A stretch of DNA of 56,156 nucleotides from Bigelowiella natans CCMP2755. Lineage: Eukaryota > Protista > Cercozoa. Made by a program: the position numbers and the translations under genes. Under the pieces are notes generated by a model, which saw only the letters and a list, made by a program, of their open reading frames with translations, was not told the DNA's origin and made no database searches. The stretch spans positions 1-56,156 of the forward strand of contig ADNK01003048.1 of assembly GCA_000320545.1 (NCBI GenBank), read 5' to 3'. This document shows, in pieces, positions 1 to 13,543 of this stretch (its first letter is position 1; each line of letters opens with the position of its first letter).

Positions 1-141
1 CCATCATATGCTGTATGCAGTGTATTGATGATGACATCTACCTTCTCCCAGAGATTTTGCTACTTTGCACGGAATAATATCTCAGAAGTGGGTCAAGGTA
101 AAAACAGCCTATACATGCCCTGCTCCATGTATCTATCACTC

Positions 142-172
<31 letters not shown>

Positions 173-611
173 CTGAAAGCACGAAAGATTGGCTAACATC
201 CTCATTTTATATTTGATGTGTTCTTCGCTGTTCTTCTTCTTCCTCTTCTTCTTCTTTTTCCTCTTCCTCTTTTGTTACGAAAGATGCCTTTCGCAGTCCA
301 AAAGACGTCAGGTACCAAAGCAACATTGCAGGCCAAATCACACCACATACCACATAACATAGCACATTAACTATGCGAGGCATCTTGCTTGTTATTCTGT
401 AGGAAGCCATATTGCTTGCGAGGCATCTAGTTTGTTATCATGTAGGAGGCCATGTTGCTTGTGGTTCATTTTTTCATTGGCAGATATTTGGATTTGAACG
501 GGAACAGCATATCGACGCTTCATCCACACACATTCACTGGATTAGCAAGCTTGCGTCATCTGTAATGAAGAAGAAGAAGAAACAGAAGAAGAAGGATTAA
601 AAGCTTTTGAA

Positions 612-660
<49 letters not shown>

Positions 661-697
661 TAAATAACATAACATTTTCTTGATGATCTTTTGTGTT

Positions 698-769
<72 letters not shown>

Positions 770-1535
770 ATATACATGGGGAAGCTGTTATGATCATTGA
801 GAAGCCATATTTGTTGATTTGTACTCTTGTTAGCAGATCGTCGTTATCATTGTTACTATCTGATATATTTATTGTCCTTGTGTGTTTGCTGCTGCTTTTA
901 GGATGTTAGCATCAAACAAGATCAGGCACATAAGTAGCCATATGTTTCAGCATCTTCACAAGTAAGGACTGCCTGTATTCATACAATATCAACCTGTGCA
1001 GTTTTGCTAATATTACAGTACTTGAATGCGTTTTGTTTCATGATCATCATTATAGGCTAGAGATACTGCTACTTCAGGATAATCCTATCGAAAGGTCTTG
1101 TGCTTTGTGCTGTTGTAGTAGTAGTAGTAGTAGTAGTAGTTGTAGGTAGTAGTAGTAGTAGCGGTAGTGCGAGCAAGTGACATATCTTATCAAAGTTGAT
1201 TGATTATATGATGTGTTGGGAGAAGAAGGCATAAAGTACTACTGCTCACAAGTTTACTACTGCTACAACACCACGGATGATTAGCTATCTTCTGCTATGA
1301 CTTATATATTCTGCCGTGTATATCGTTGATCATAGATATGCTAGCTCGTCGTCATCATCGTCATCATCTTCATCATCACCATCATCATCCATTTGACTCT
1401 TAGTACATGTGCGCATTTCCTCAATACAGCATCGACGCTGATGCCTTCAAGTATCTCACAAATCTCAAAATTCTAGATGTAATAATAAAAGCTCATCACT
1501 CATAAGAGAATTCTTTGCCGTGTCTCCTTATAAAG

Positions 1536-1571
<36 letters not shown>

Positions 1572-2705
1572 GTGATGATGGTGATATGATTTACTTGAGA
1601 ATTAATTAAAGACCGTCAATAACAAATGATGCACATTAATTTTGTGTAGCGAACAGTGGTAATGATGATGGTTTGTTATGAAAATATCACCACTTACTAC
1701 TACCATTGGCTGATACCCATGTATTTGGTCGCAGCTTGGATCTACTTCGTTGAAGAGCTTGCACCCTGACACATTCCACCATCTTGGCCAACTCCAACGT
1801 ACGCACTGCATCTTAATTATGATCATGATCAATCACAGATCATTTGCAACGAAGTATCACATCGTCCATTCCCCAATACGGCGATCATTAGCCTTAAAGA
1901 ATAGGGGATGGGGGGGGGGGGGGGGGGGGGGCATCATTTGAAGTGTTGGGTATACAGTTTTGCTGATGTAGTGTTATTGTTGAGATGTTACCATGAATAA
2001 TATGACTGCAGATTTGGCAATAGATAAGTCCCAACTTAAAGAGGTAGTAATTCGTCGTTCAAAGCATGGTACATGGTAGTGGTAGCGGTAGTGCTGGTGG
2101 CAGGTGGCGGGATGTGGTGATGATGAAGGATGAAAAGAAAAGGTTTCTCGAAAATGACACGTTAGAAGTCACATCAAGTATATTTCCATTGCACGTACTC
2201 TGCTACTGCTACTACTACTAGTACTTCTACTACTAGTACTACTACAACTACTATTACTACTACTTGTGTGTGTATGTGTGTGTGTGTGTGTGTGCGACTA
2301 TGTCAGCACTCATACTATATGATCACTGCAACTCCTAAAACCTTCTCCTCATTCCCCTTCTCCTTCTGCTACTACCACCAGCTACCAAGAGGCATCTTCA
2401 GGAACTTATCAAGTTTAGAATACCTGTAATACTATCCAACCATCCTCATCCTCCTCCTTCTCATCGTCATTATCATCATCATCATTGTATATGCACGTCG
2501 TTTAATTTGAAGATCGAAACCTTTTTTACAGCAGTTGTAACCATCCGAATGATGCTGATGATAATGATGATAATGATGATATCGATGTGCGTTGTGATAC
2601 TTGCGTGGTGCTTCTAAACAATCTAACGAGTAGTACATGATGTTGATGAAAAGGTATATCGATAATTTGGACTTGAAGAGTTTGCCTCAAGACATCTTTC
2701 ATGAT

Positions 2706-2762
<57 letters not shown>

Positions 2763-3530
2763 ACGTAGAGGCATTGTAATAAACTTGGCGAGAACGAAGA
2801 CGATGGTGGTGGTGGGAATCAATCTCTTATAATTCTTCTCACTGTAGTAGTGCCAACGCCATCATCATCATCATCATCATCATCGTCATCGTCATCGTTA
2901 TCATTTTTACCATCCTCATTTTCACGATGATACTAATCACAGTTGAAGAGTCTGAGATCACTGCATATGCACACCAACAATGTACCGTAGTAGCAGTAGT
3001 AATAGTAATAGGAAATACCCTTTGCAATTATTATTCATCTTGTGCAATCATCATTATCATCATCATCATCATCATTCAGACGTATTAGAATAGTCAGGAC
3101 AGCAGTGGCATTTTGGCTAATTATTGACCTATCCATAACTTGCACTGTGACAAATAAAATTCAGAATAGAGGAGGAGGAGGGGGGGGGGGGGAAGAGGGC
3201 GTTTTCTCTCTTCTTCCTAAACACTATGATGGCATTAAATAGATTGATTCCGTTGCTTTCAATCACATGAGCGAGCTCATAAATGATGACGACGATGATA
3301 ATGATGATGCGAACGATCGCAAGATGATATATAAGAGTGTGATTCTGTTCATGATGATTATTGTCGACTTTGCTTCTTCTTCGTCTCCTTCTGGCAATAA
3401 TCCCTCCAGATTACGCGTCTCCCTGTTAATCTATTCAAGAACACAGAACGGTCACAACACCACGTTTCTTGCTGCCTTCTCATCTTTTATGTGGTCAATA
3501 GTAGCAGTACAACTTAGTGTATATCGTCGC

Positions 3531-3565
<35 letters not shown>

Positions 3566-4268
3566 CAGGTTGGAACGCGTCTATATGTTCGCAAGTCCGT
3601 CGATGGGCTTCGATATGAAAACGTATTGGGGAGGAAGTAAGCTGAGCAATCAATCAAGCAGCTTTTTAAGATGATGATGATGATGATGATAACGTTGATG
3701 GTATTCTTCTACATCCTTCTCCCATGCATACATTCATTCATACATTCATTCATACATACATTCATGCATGCGTCCATATGTAAGGCTTGCGCTCAATACA
3801 ATAGCATCTTTGTTGCTTCTTCTTCTTCTTCTTCTCAGGAAAGAAGGAACTCATAAATATGGGGGTCCGATATTTCAATGGGTGACTGTGTGTATGATAA
3901 TGATGATGATGATGATGATGATGATGATAATGATGATGTTTGTTAGCTGAACGTTCCTTTTTTGGTGGGATATTTCACCTAGTTTGCTACTGTTATAAAG
4001 ACACTATATATCAATAAATTATGTGTTGGGGGGGGGGGAGGTTATGGTATTGCATATAAGTAAGTGTGCCTATCTTTATCATCATCATAATCATCACAAT
4101 TTGTAGAACTTATCCTGGTATTCCAAAGGGTTTCTTCGATGTGATGCCCGAGGTACTAGAAGTACTAATTAATAGTAGTTGTAGTAGCTTTTAATGAATG
4201 AATGCATCAAGTACACGTAGAGCACAACAACGTCCTTTGTTTCCAAGAAAAGGTTATACACATATATG

Positions 4269-4313
<45 letters not shown>

Positions 4314-4938
4314 TGAATATATTGTACATATGCCGATATTCATCCACAGATGATGCGTTTTCAATGCAAATTTTGGACTGTGGACGATGGGACTCCACGG
4401 TTGGTCATATCATCAGATATTACAAGTGATGGTGATGGCGTCATCGCCGTCATCATCACCATCACCATCATCATCATCACCACCATCATCATCTAACCCT
4501 CCTCATACATCCATCTTCTTGGCAGTACATGGGACTACATCGACAAGATTATTCGAGAGAAGAAAAAAGACCAAAGCCCTTTCCAAGTGACCGCCTCATA
4601 ACTAACTACCTACCTAACTAACTAACTAACCAACACCCCCATCATAAAGCACTGTCGCAGTAGTAGTAGTAGTAGTAGTAGCAGCAGCAGCAAGAATAAA
4701 CACTGGGGAAAACAAGACTTCCTTCATAAGATATATCGTATATACCCTGATGTGAGTATTGGTGCTGGTGGTCTTGGTTTTTGTTGTTGTTTTTGTTGTT
4801 GTCGCACTTGTCGTTGTTAGCACCAATTTGCTGATACTGAAGAGGAGGATCGCAGTGATAATAATGACGACGCTGCCAACATTGTGTCCAAAACATATCT
4901 CAGAGAGCTGGTGGTGTTCATACGATGCAAACTCTTCT

Positions 4939-4970
<32 letters not shown>

Positions 4971-4996
4971 CACTCTTAGAATTTATATAACATATA

Positions 4997-5039
<43 letters not shown>

Positions 5040-5558
5040 ACATTATTACCGCGTTTCGACTCATACATCAAACGAATGGTTGATGATTGTATATTGTAGG
5101 AAAAGAAATCTACGGAAGATAGCGAGAGAATTGCTGAATTGGAGGTCTGTGTTGTACACAAGAAGCATGAAATTTACCATAATCTGTATACTTTTATACA
5201 AGAATCGAATCATTTGTTGTTATCATCGCAATGCATACAAAATCAGTCATCGTCATTTGTGACGATGATACCATTGTGTCCCTTCTTATAATCCCAGAGC
5301 AAATTGCTGGCATCTGTCGAGAAAAACAAAGAGTTATTTCAGGTCTCGTTGTACGCCACACCTTCCTTTCAATCATGCATATATTGCTCCTGTTGGCTTC
5401 CTGTTGTTTGGTATGATTTTCTGCTTCTTCGTGTGCTGTTTTATAAGGACATATCAAAGGTCCGCCTTCAGATGAAAAAAGTCGGAATTACATTCCACCG
5501 CAATGGGACGTTGTCTTTTCCAAGCGATCATCGAAATTTGTCCAAACCCTCCACCTAG
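1..5558 (+). CDS. Leucine-rich repeat protein, multi-exon, 5' part lies outside the window
   Basis: Small AG/GT-bounded exons translate to LRR units: YLDLNGNSISTLHPHTFTGLASLRHL (~484-561), MLASNKIRHISSHMFQHLH, LEILLLQDNPIE, IDADAFKYLTNLKIL, SLHPDTFHHLGQLQ, LKSLPQDIFHD, ITRLPVNLFKN. The probable last exon DISKVRLQ...SKPST* ends at 5558. Confidence 0.8.
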
Positions 5559-5639
5559 CTAGTAGTCTCGCTTTTGTTCGCTATTCAATCGGCGATAGTG
5601 GTTTCAGAATTCTCTCAAAATCATTCATCATCAAGTTTA

Positions 5640-7195
5640 GTAACAATGCACGACGTGTGAACCATGCGCTATGTAGCTCGCAGCACTAATGCACGACGTG
5701 TGAACCATGCGCTACTATGTAGCTCGCAGCACAGCTAGACAGCTGCATGCAGACTAATAGTGAATGATGCGTAGCAGGAGCCTACTACAAGAGTAGACCT
5801 ACTGTCGCCTACGACTGCACATGGTTTCCATCCAGCTAGTTGCCCAATGCAAGCTTTGTTCGATCCATTGTGGCAGCAGCCATCACAGGTGTCGATTATG
5901 TCGGTTGCAGGTGCAAATGAAATAATCACGCATGCATTGGACCCTTGCTAGCTTGGCATCATCATACACGCATGGCAGTAGTCCGCCTGCACCATCGCTG
6001 CACGCTAGCACGCAGCAACAACAGGCACACGTCAGCATGCGCTAGTGCACACTAGCTAGGCGCTTTGCACAAATGCCGTCTGCCACGTACATCGATCAGT
6101 GTGGCCCCACAAAGTGACGCCATTCATTTTGATCAGACACATAGAATTGCAGCAGGTTTTCAAAATTGGCAATCTGGCCGCCATCATGCGGAACGATGCT
6201 GGCGATCAGCAGTGTTAGAACAATGAAGAATGAACAAGATGATCTAGTAGTGATGATGAACTGCATTTCCAAAATGTTGCAAGACATTTACGGTGTGCGA
6301 TCGAGACACGCTTTGAGCAATGTTGTTCATAGCTGGCACGTCTGTTACCGAAAACATCGTATCGATTGCGCCCAACGCACGCAGTGCTAGAGTGCATGGC
6401 GCGCTCGCCAATGAGAGCAGCATGCTAGCATGCATTTGTGCAAATTTGTTGCCATGCAGTACGTCACATGGTGTTCAAAAGTGCGTTGCACGAAACTGGA
6501 ATCGTTCTAGCGTTGTCCTCACACGCACCTGGCAGCATAGATAAGAGCTACATCTGAAGAAGTCCACATTCAATCAGGCGCGCAAAAATTCATGTTTGCG
6601 CATGACCATGAACACGACACATTGTGCTTGTGCGGACATTCAGACATTGTGCGCAAATGTCTACACACTTAGTTTTTTTGAGACATATTCTTGCTAGTCT
6701 AGTAGTGTCTGAGCATTGATAATGTTGACACGATGCGCTTCATTGTGCTGCACAGTTCGAAAACTATGCTAGTAGCATGCTTAATAATGCACGTTGTAAC
6801 CTCAAGGCTCTAACCGTCTATATTTGTCAAACATATGTGTAGTAAATCAGTGGTACATGTGTACGTAAATAAGTTGAAATGAAAGCTAACATGTACACAA
6901 AAACGACACACATGAAAACATTAGTGCATGTGTGTTGCACGCGCATACACGGTTATATGTAGCCTTTAGACTCTAACTAGCTAACGCACAGCATGCGGTG
7001 TGCCATGGTAGTTGTAAGTCGCGCTCGCATTCATCTACGCGCGTTCCATGCAAGTACACGTCAGACGTGTCTATATACACATGACGAGCAAAAGGCATTA
7101 CATGAAATTGCATGTGCATATGTTACACAAACGCTGGTTGCATGCTGCACAAAGCTACATCTAGATGTACCCCCCGGGATAAATGGGTGCTATGT
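5640..7195. mobile_element. Degenerate repeat block, partly TpA-depleted
   Basis: Rich in TG/CA and CTAG. Has a ~43-bp tandem duplication at ~5645-5731. Segment 6221-6290 is homologous to 33027-33092 and 33809-33867. Confidence 0.6.
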
Positions 7196-7199
7196 AGAT

Positions 7200-7823
7200 C
7201 TAGACATTTTTCATCTCTGATCGTATTCCTGCCCTCTCAAAAATAGCTCGCGGATGAAATCGAACCTTGAATATTTCCCATCGCCGCTGGAATTCTGCTT
7301 CCCGTTCAGAGGCACTTAAATTTGCCAGTCTGTTTGCATAAGCATATGGGTGTATTATTATTTAAGGGTATTATTGTTCACTGCGATATTCCTGCTAGCT
7401 GGACGATGTGTACCTGAAGTATGCTGTCTCAATTTCTTGAACATCGACAAAGTCAACGATTCCGTTCCATAGAGCTTCGTCAAGATGGTAGCATCGTTGC
7501 GATATAAACAGCGAACGTGTGTTAAGAATCTGGGAGACCCGAGGCTGCAATGACCATCGTGGCTCCACGTCGCCGCGTACAGGTCTGAGAATGACAATGC
7601 ACATAAGAACATATCATAACCAACATCATCCTTCCACATCACTTGTTCCAATTGATTAGGAATCTTTAGAGCAATGCCCCCGTTTATTATTATATCCTAC
7701 CCCTTCCTCTCAACCTACAGCAATACTCTTTCTTTCTCTCCTTTGCCTCTTCTATAAGTTTTACTTGTAGTATGTTTTTTTGCTGCTAGACAACCCTTAT
7801 ATATCCCCCTCCACCCGCGTCAT

Positions 7824-7856
<33 letters not shown>

Positions 7857-8687
7857 CATTGTCATCATGATCATCATTCCCATTGATGAGCTACTACTTG
7901 CATTTTTGATGGATAGACAAATGGATATCCTCGAACGAATCATCAGTCACTAAGTTCTTGAAAGACTCTTCATCCCAGATTTCGTAGAGGTTCAGTAAAT
8001 GCTTTTGTAGCTTTATATTCTTTGTAAGCAAGCGCCAACATTCCTCACGACCCTTGTCCACTCGTGCCCCTGTCCATCAAAACAACAACTCCGTTGTCAT
8101 GGATGAATGTGTGTAGGTGTGTGTGTGTGTTATGTATATGTGGTGCAGTATTATTCCATGTACTACCCAAGAAGAGTAGTCGGGTCGGCACTTTCTCCTT
8201 ACGAGGGGGTATCTGATGCCATTGTTTCAGGTACCTGAGCAAGATAAGAACGAGTATAGCGATAGCGTCAGCATCATATTCCATAAGGAAAATCTACGAC
8301 TCAATTAGGGAGTACAACGAACATACCCCGCCGGCACATGCCTCGCCTTTGGGAGCCCTGGGCAATGATTAAGCGCTTGGGCGTTCCCAGCTCCATAGTC
8401 CCAAATCTCGTTGTAAATGGCAACCTCCCACACCGTCGTGTTGGGGCAGAGCTGCGGATGACGCGGATCGACGGATACGCTGTCTACAGGCTCCGTTTGG
8501 TATAGTACGGTGAAGACGCCGGCATCTTTGAATTTTCTCATTGTTTCATGGTCAAAGTGCCATGTCCCCACCCAGATAGCGACATCGTGTGCTTGTGCCT
8601 GTAGGTGATGGTGGTAACGGTGGCAGTGGTGGTAGCAAGGGCTAGTCTCAATTTGATGCAGCAGACCCTCACATCATAGATCCCATG

Positions 8688-8724
<37 letters not shown>

Positions 8725-9221
8725 GGAGGGTGGCTAGGCCTAACGAGAGGTCGTTGGTGGTATACTACTACCTGACGGATGGTATTCTGATCTATATGAA
8801 AAATGGTTCGGTAGCCAAGATACCGAAAACCCTATAAATGACCAACAGTACAGAAAACTAAAACAATGCCATTTACGAATTGCTGCAGCAAAATGCACAT
8901 GTACGTTAGGCGGCTTTACCTCGACGAGCGTCTCAAGGATCATTCTATACATGTAGTAGAGACTCCAGTCCGTTAGGATGAAGGCGTTTCTTGTCGTTGT
9001 CTCTGCTTTCACCTTGTCGTTCTTCGCAACATCGATAAGCTCCTGGACACCAGCTCTCTGCATAATTTGCGCCGGGTTAAATCGGGTTCTAAATAGATTC
9101 CAGCGCTCATCCAGAAGTTGTTGTCGCTCCGACACATCCATACCGACAAGTCTTTCGTATACGTTGACGATTTCCTCCTGCTCAACCTTGCGGAAGGAAC
9201 AATTCTCCTTTAGGTGGTAGT

Positions 9222-9271
<50 letters not shown>

Positions 9272-9566
9272 TCTGTGTGTGTGTGTGTATGTGTCTGTCT
9301 GTCTGTTTGTGTCGTTTGTGTGTAGTATCGTTTCAGCTTGTTTGGCTATGGCAGTCTTACAAAATCGACGATGCCTTTCCATGATTCCTCGTCCTTAGGA
9401 TGACATCGCTCGGAGATCAGGAACGATTTGGTGTTCAAGACCACGGATGCACGCGGCTCCATGGACCTACGGGGTAGGTTATAATTATGACAATGACGAC
9501 AACGATGACGACGAAGATGACAATAACATTTTTGGAAGGTGTAAGAGTTGATGCGCAAATATCCTC

Positions 9567-9638
<72 letters not shown>

Positions 9639-10183
9639 TATATACGACTACAAATCACTTATGCAACGGCCAAAGAAAAGAAACATGAACACCCTCTGCA
9701 CCCCACATGGGATGAGTATAACATATTCATTTATGTTTTCCTCATAGAAATAACAAAATCACCACTGAGGTGCAGTAGGATCCTGATATCTCTGAAGCTG
9801 AAAACGTTCATCCTTTTCAAGCAGGCAGGGACGGTGAATCGACATAAAAATATGGTTATTCTTCGCGTCCACACCTCCCTCAATAAAACGACTGAATTCA
9901 TACACGTTCCATAAGTTGAATTCATGCGAAAACTTTTCGCGAAACGTTTTGGATGCTTCTCTCAAGCGCGCAAGACATGTCCAGCGGCTCCACTCGGTGC
10001 CCATAAATACAAGGCGTGTATCATTCCTTCCATCTTCAAAGAAAGGAGGAGCTCGAGGCCACTCTGCTATGTAGCCGGCAGGTACCTACTCGTTATGGTG
10101 ATTCAGGATATGAGAATGTCATCGCTGCAACGAAGGCGTTCCATCCATGAGAACAACAGGCATCATTATTATAAATAAACCGT

Positions 10184-10231
<48 letters not shown>

Positions 10232-13127
10232 TTGTTTCGGGACAAACAAATGCTATTTCATCCTCAGTTATGTTTTCCTCTTTTGACATACATATCGAAT
10301 AGTGCGTGGTAGTCCCTTGCACTCAGGGATGGCCTTAATCTCCTCTAAATTTCCAGCTCCATAATCCCAAATTTCGTGTGCCAACCGCCACGGGCCTGCT
10401 AATGAGCACTGCTTGATAAAGAAAGAAAGAGGTTGGTTACTATTGCTACGACGCACTAAATTGGAGCAAGGAGGATAAATGATGATAATAGCATGGAGTG
10501 GGGGGCTGAGGGGAGGGGCACCTGTTCTGTGCTGTATCGATCAACCGGCTCAGTATTATAATGAACGATAAACACACCGCGTCTCTTCAAGTCATTGATG
10601 AGGACCTCGTGATCTTTGACTCCAACCCATATAAAAATATCACCCCTTTCCGCCTCTGGGGGATTCAATGGTTTCTCAAAGTATCGTATCCGTAAACCGA
10701 GCGACTTGAGTCCCTCGATTAACGTCATTACAATCATTCGAAGCTGTGCGTGGATGAATTAAGTTAATGGAGATGATGGCGATAATGATGGTGGTGGGGG
10801 TGATGATAATGATGATGATGATAGTGACGAAGGATTTACTGACAGAAACTAATAATACAAGACGTGAATGTGCCCACAAATTCATATTTGATATGCATGT
10901 ATGTATGTATGTATGTATGCATTCATATTTGATATGCATGCATGCATGTATGTATGTATGTGTGTGTTACCATGAAGACTGTTCGAGGATAAAACGCGTG
11001 CATTATATATACTGTTTGCACGTGTTGAGGCAGTACGATCTCCCTCTGCATCTGATTGAAACCCAAAAATACATCATCAAAAATGCAATCATGTGGTGGC
11101 GAGGCAAATAAATACATGATCGCTTTCGCCCTGCATCGTTTCGGATCGAATTAGCTCTGGGTCTATGTGTGCCCGTTTCATGAGCAAAAGTGGGCTAAAC
11201 CGGGACTTGAACATTTCCAATCGCTTTTGACTGAGCATTTTTCTATCCTCTGAGCTCATTCGAGCAATCTTAAGGTAAGTCTCTTCCATCCTGCCCACTT
11301 CAACCTAGTAGTAGAACGGTGGTAAAGTGCAGCAAAACGCATAGTAGTATCGTATTGTTTGGTGTACTTTGATGACGATTCAATAAGATGTGGAGAGAAT
11401 TACTCCTTTTAGACCGAACTTGCTCCCCCTGCACCACTAACCCCGCCCCCCCCCCTTCTTCCCCTCTCTTTTATTTTCTCTTCTATGCCTCAAAGCAGTA
11501 AACACTCTCTATGCTCCTCTTCCCCTTCTATGTAATGTATTATTACAAAGTCGATGATGCCCTCCCATAGCTTTTCTTCTTTCGGGTGGCATCGTTCCGA
11601 TATCAGCAACGCCCCCGTGCTTAGCAGAGGTCCTGTATTTAGCGACGACCGCGCTGTTTTCCCATTCGCTGAGACTTCGCATTGATTGTGTAGGGTGAGG
11701 AAGATTTTATCTTCCCCTCCTTCCGATCCCTCAATATAAGAGCGGAAATTGTGCTCATTTAAGCCCTCGTCAACGACGCCTAAATGCCTACTAAGTAGGG
11801 TTGATTGTTGTAGATGCTGCCAGCAAAGAGAGAGAGAAGCTCCTTGTCCTTCTTTGCCAAAAAGGACGAGCTTGGGCATACTCCGTGACTGCTGTGATTT
11901 CAAACATTAAGAGGGGGAAATACACCAAATTTAGTCATTACTCAATTATCTCTTTTTTCTTCCGTGAGATATTATGCATTCGATTACTTTTGTTGGGGAA
12001 TGCATTCTAGGCGATCGGTTTAGGTAGCCCACAGGCAGATGACGGGCCTTCGGGGCATTGCGACACGTAGAAATCGTGTCAACATTGCCGAGACCTGTGT
12101 CCCAGACTTCGTGGAAAATATCAGAAAGTCCTTCGTAGTCTATGCACCTGAGTGGTATTAAGTAGTCATATTGATTTCCTCTGGAACTTTAACCGCAGCT
12201 GCTTTGCAACAATATTGTTGACGAGACACTCGGCATTCGTCCCTGTCATTTGGAATGCTCGGCGCGTACTTAGGCCAAAATATACGGAAAATATACTGCC
12301 TCTGCATACGTAGCAAATACTTTTGAGGATATCACCTGTATGGGACCATGCTTTGATTGGCCTTCAAAGCTGCGAGGTCATTTTGAAATCCTGTCTGATA
12401 CCAAACAGTGATGACTCCCCTTTGCTTCAGGAGGCGAATGAAATAGAAGAGAGAGGACACGTCCTCTCCCACATATATAGCCACGTCGCTAATCTTAGCT
12501 TCGTGTGGTAGATAAGAAAATGGATCATCAAATAGATGCGTTCGGAACCTGCAATAGAAAGAATATAGTCATTGCAGCATCTTTACTGCAAAGTTTCAAT
12601 TTTTTCGAGTCTGAATGATTTCAACTTTGGGTATCGTAGTTGTCGCGTTTCAATGATACACATAAACTTTTGTATTATTAGAACAACCCAAGCGCGTTAA
12701 ATCCCTCTAAAGCTGTCATTGCCATAGCCCGCGGCGTGAGAGCGCGAGAATTTAGGATAACGTATGCCGTGGCGTCACTGGTGAGATGCTCGATTTTAGA
12801 GCCTACATGGATTGTATCAACAACAAAATTATTCATCGGAGCATTCATACAGGTGTAAATAATTACGCACACGATACCTTGAAATTTGTTGTCGAAACTG
12901 ATCGATTTTTGGACAACTTCATCGATTGGTTGGACAACTTCATCAATATTGGCGGATTCGGCAATCCTCGACGATGAATTCACGTCGGACGTGATGAGGA
13001 AAATCGTTGGCAGCGCCAATAATAAGACCGCAAGCCGCACATGATTGGTTGAAGTCGTGCAAAGATGCAATAAGTTCTTTTGCAGTCTCAAATTGTGGCC
13101 CCACGCTCCTCTCCTCCCCTCCCCCAT
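7200..13127 (-). CDS. Type II membrane glycosyltransferase-like protein with three tandem GT-B-like domains
   Basis: An N-terminal hydrophobic segment (LAVLLLALPTIFLI) is followed by three copies of the motif series D(V/I)xI(W/Y)VG ... E(I/V)WDxGxGN ... (L/V)PxGY ... IS(E/Q)RCxxxxExxWxGI(V/I)DF ... FxxRFxP. Copies 2 and 3 also carry YxTEP. The last exon ends ...AGIRSEMKNV* at 7200. Confidence 0.75.
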
Positions 13128-13200
13128 CAGAGCGACAGCGTCAGGTTACGAGCAAGCCTATCTAGCGTCGTATCACAATGTGCATAATATTCCAGGCCAT

Positions 13201-13312
13201 GTTTACACTACGACATGGAATGTACAAACGAATAATAACAGCCTACGTTTAGACCACTACGACATGGAATGTACAAACGATTAATAACAGCCTACGTTTA
13301 AACCACTACGAC
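13201..13312. repeat. Tandem repeat, ~49-bp unit, ~2.3 copies
   Basis: cactacgacatggaatgtacaaacga(a/t)taataacagcctacgttta is repeated between two divergent genes. Confidence 0.9.
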
Positions 13313-13543
13313 TTCGAGACATCATCATCTTAATCTCTTAATCTAGTACGCTCGTATACTAAAATAGAAACGTTCTTGGGAATCGAATTCAATTAGATCT
13401 AGAGCAAGCACCATTGCCATTCTTCCAAGCCGCGGTGGTTGATGATGTGGGATGGCAAACATGATGAAATCAATCCCTCCCAAATCGATTTTCCCGCCAA
13501 CCAAGTGTAAATCAACGTCCAGGCGCTGAACGAGCTGGATGAT

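Noticed and set aside
691-5262. ORFs with poly-M/H/S/T or YI runs
   Set aside because: They are translations of intronic microsatellites.
13201-13312. CRISPR-like array
   Set aside because: A plain tandem duplication with no spacers and no cas genes.
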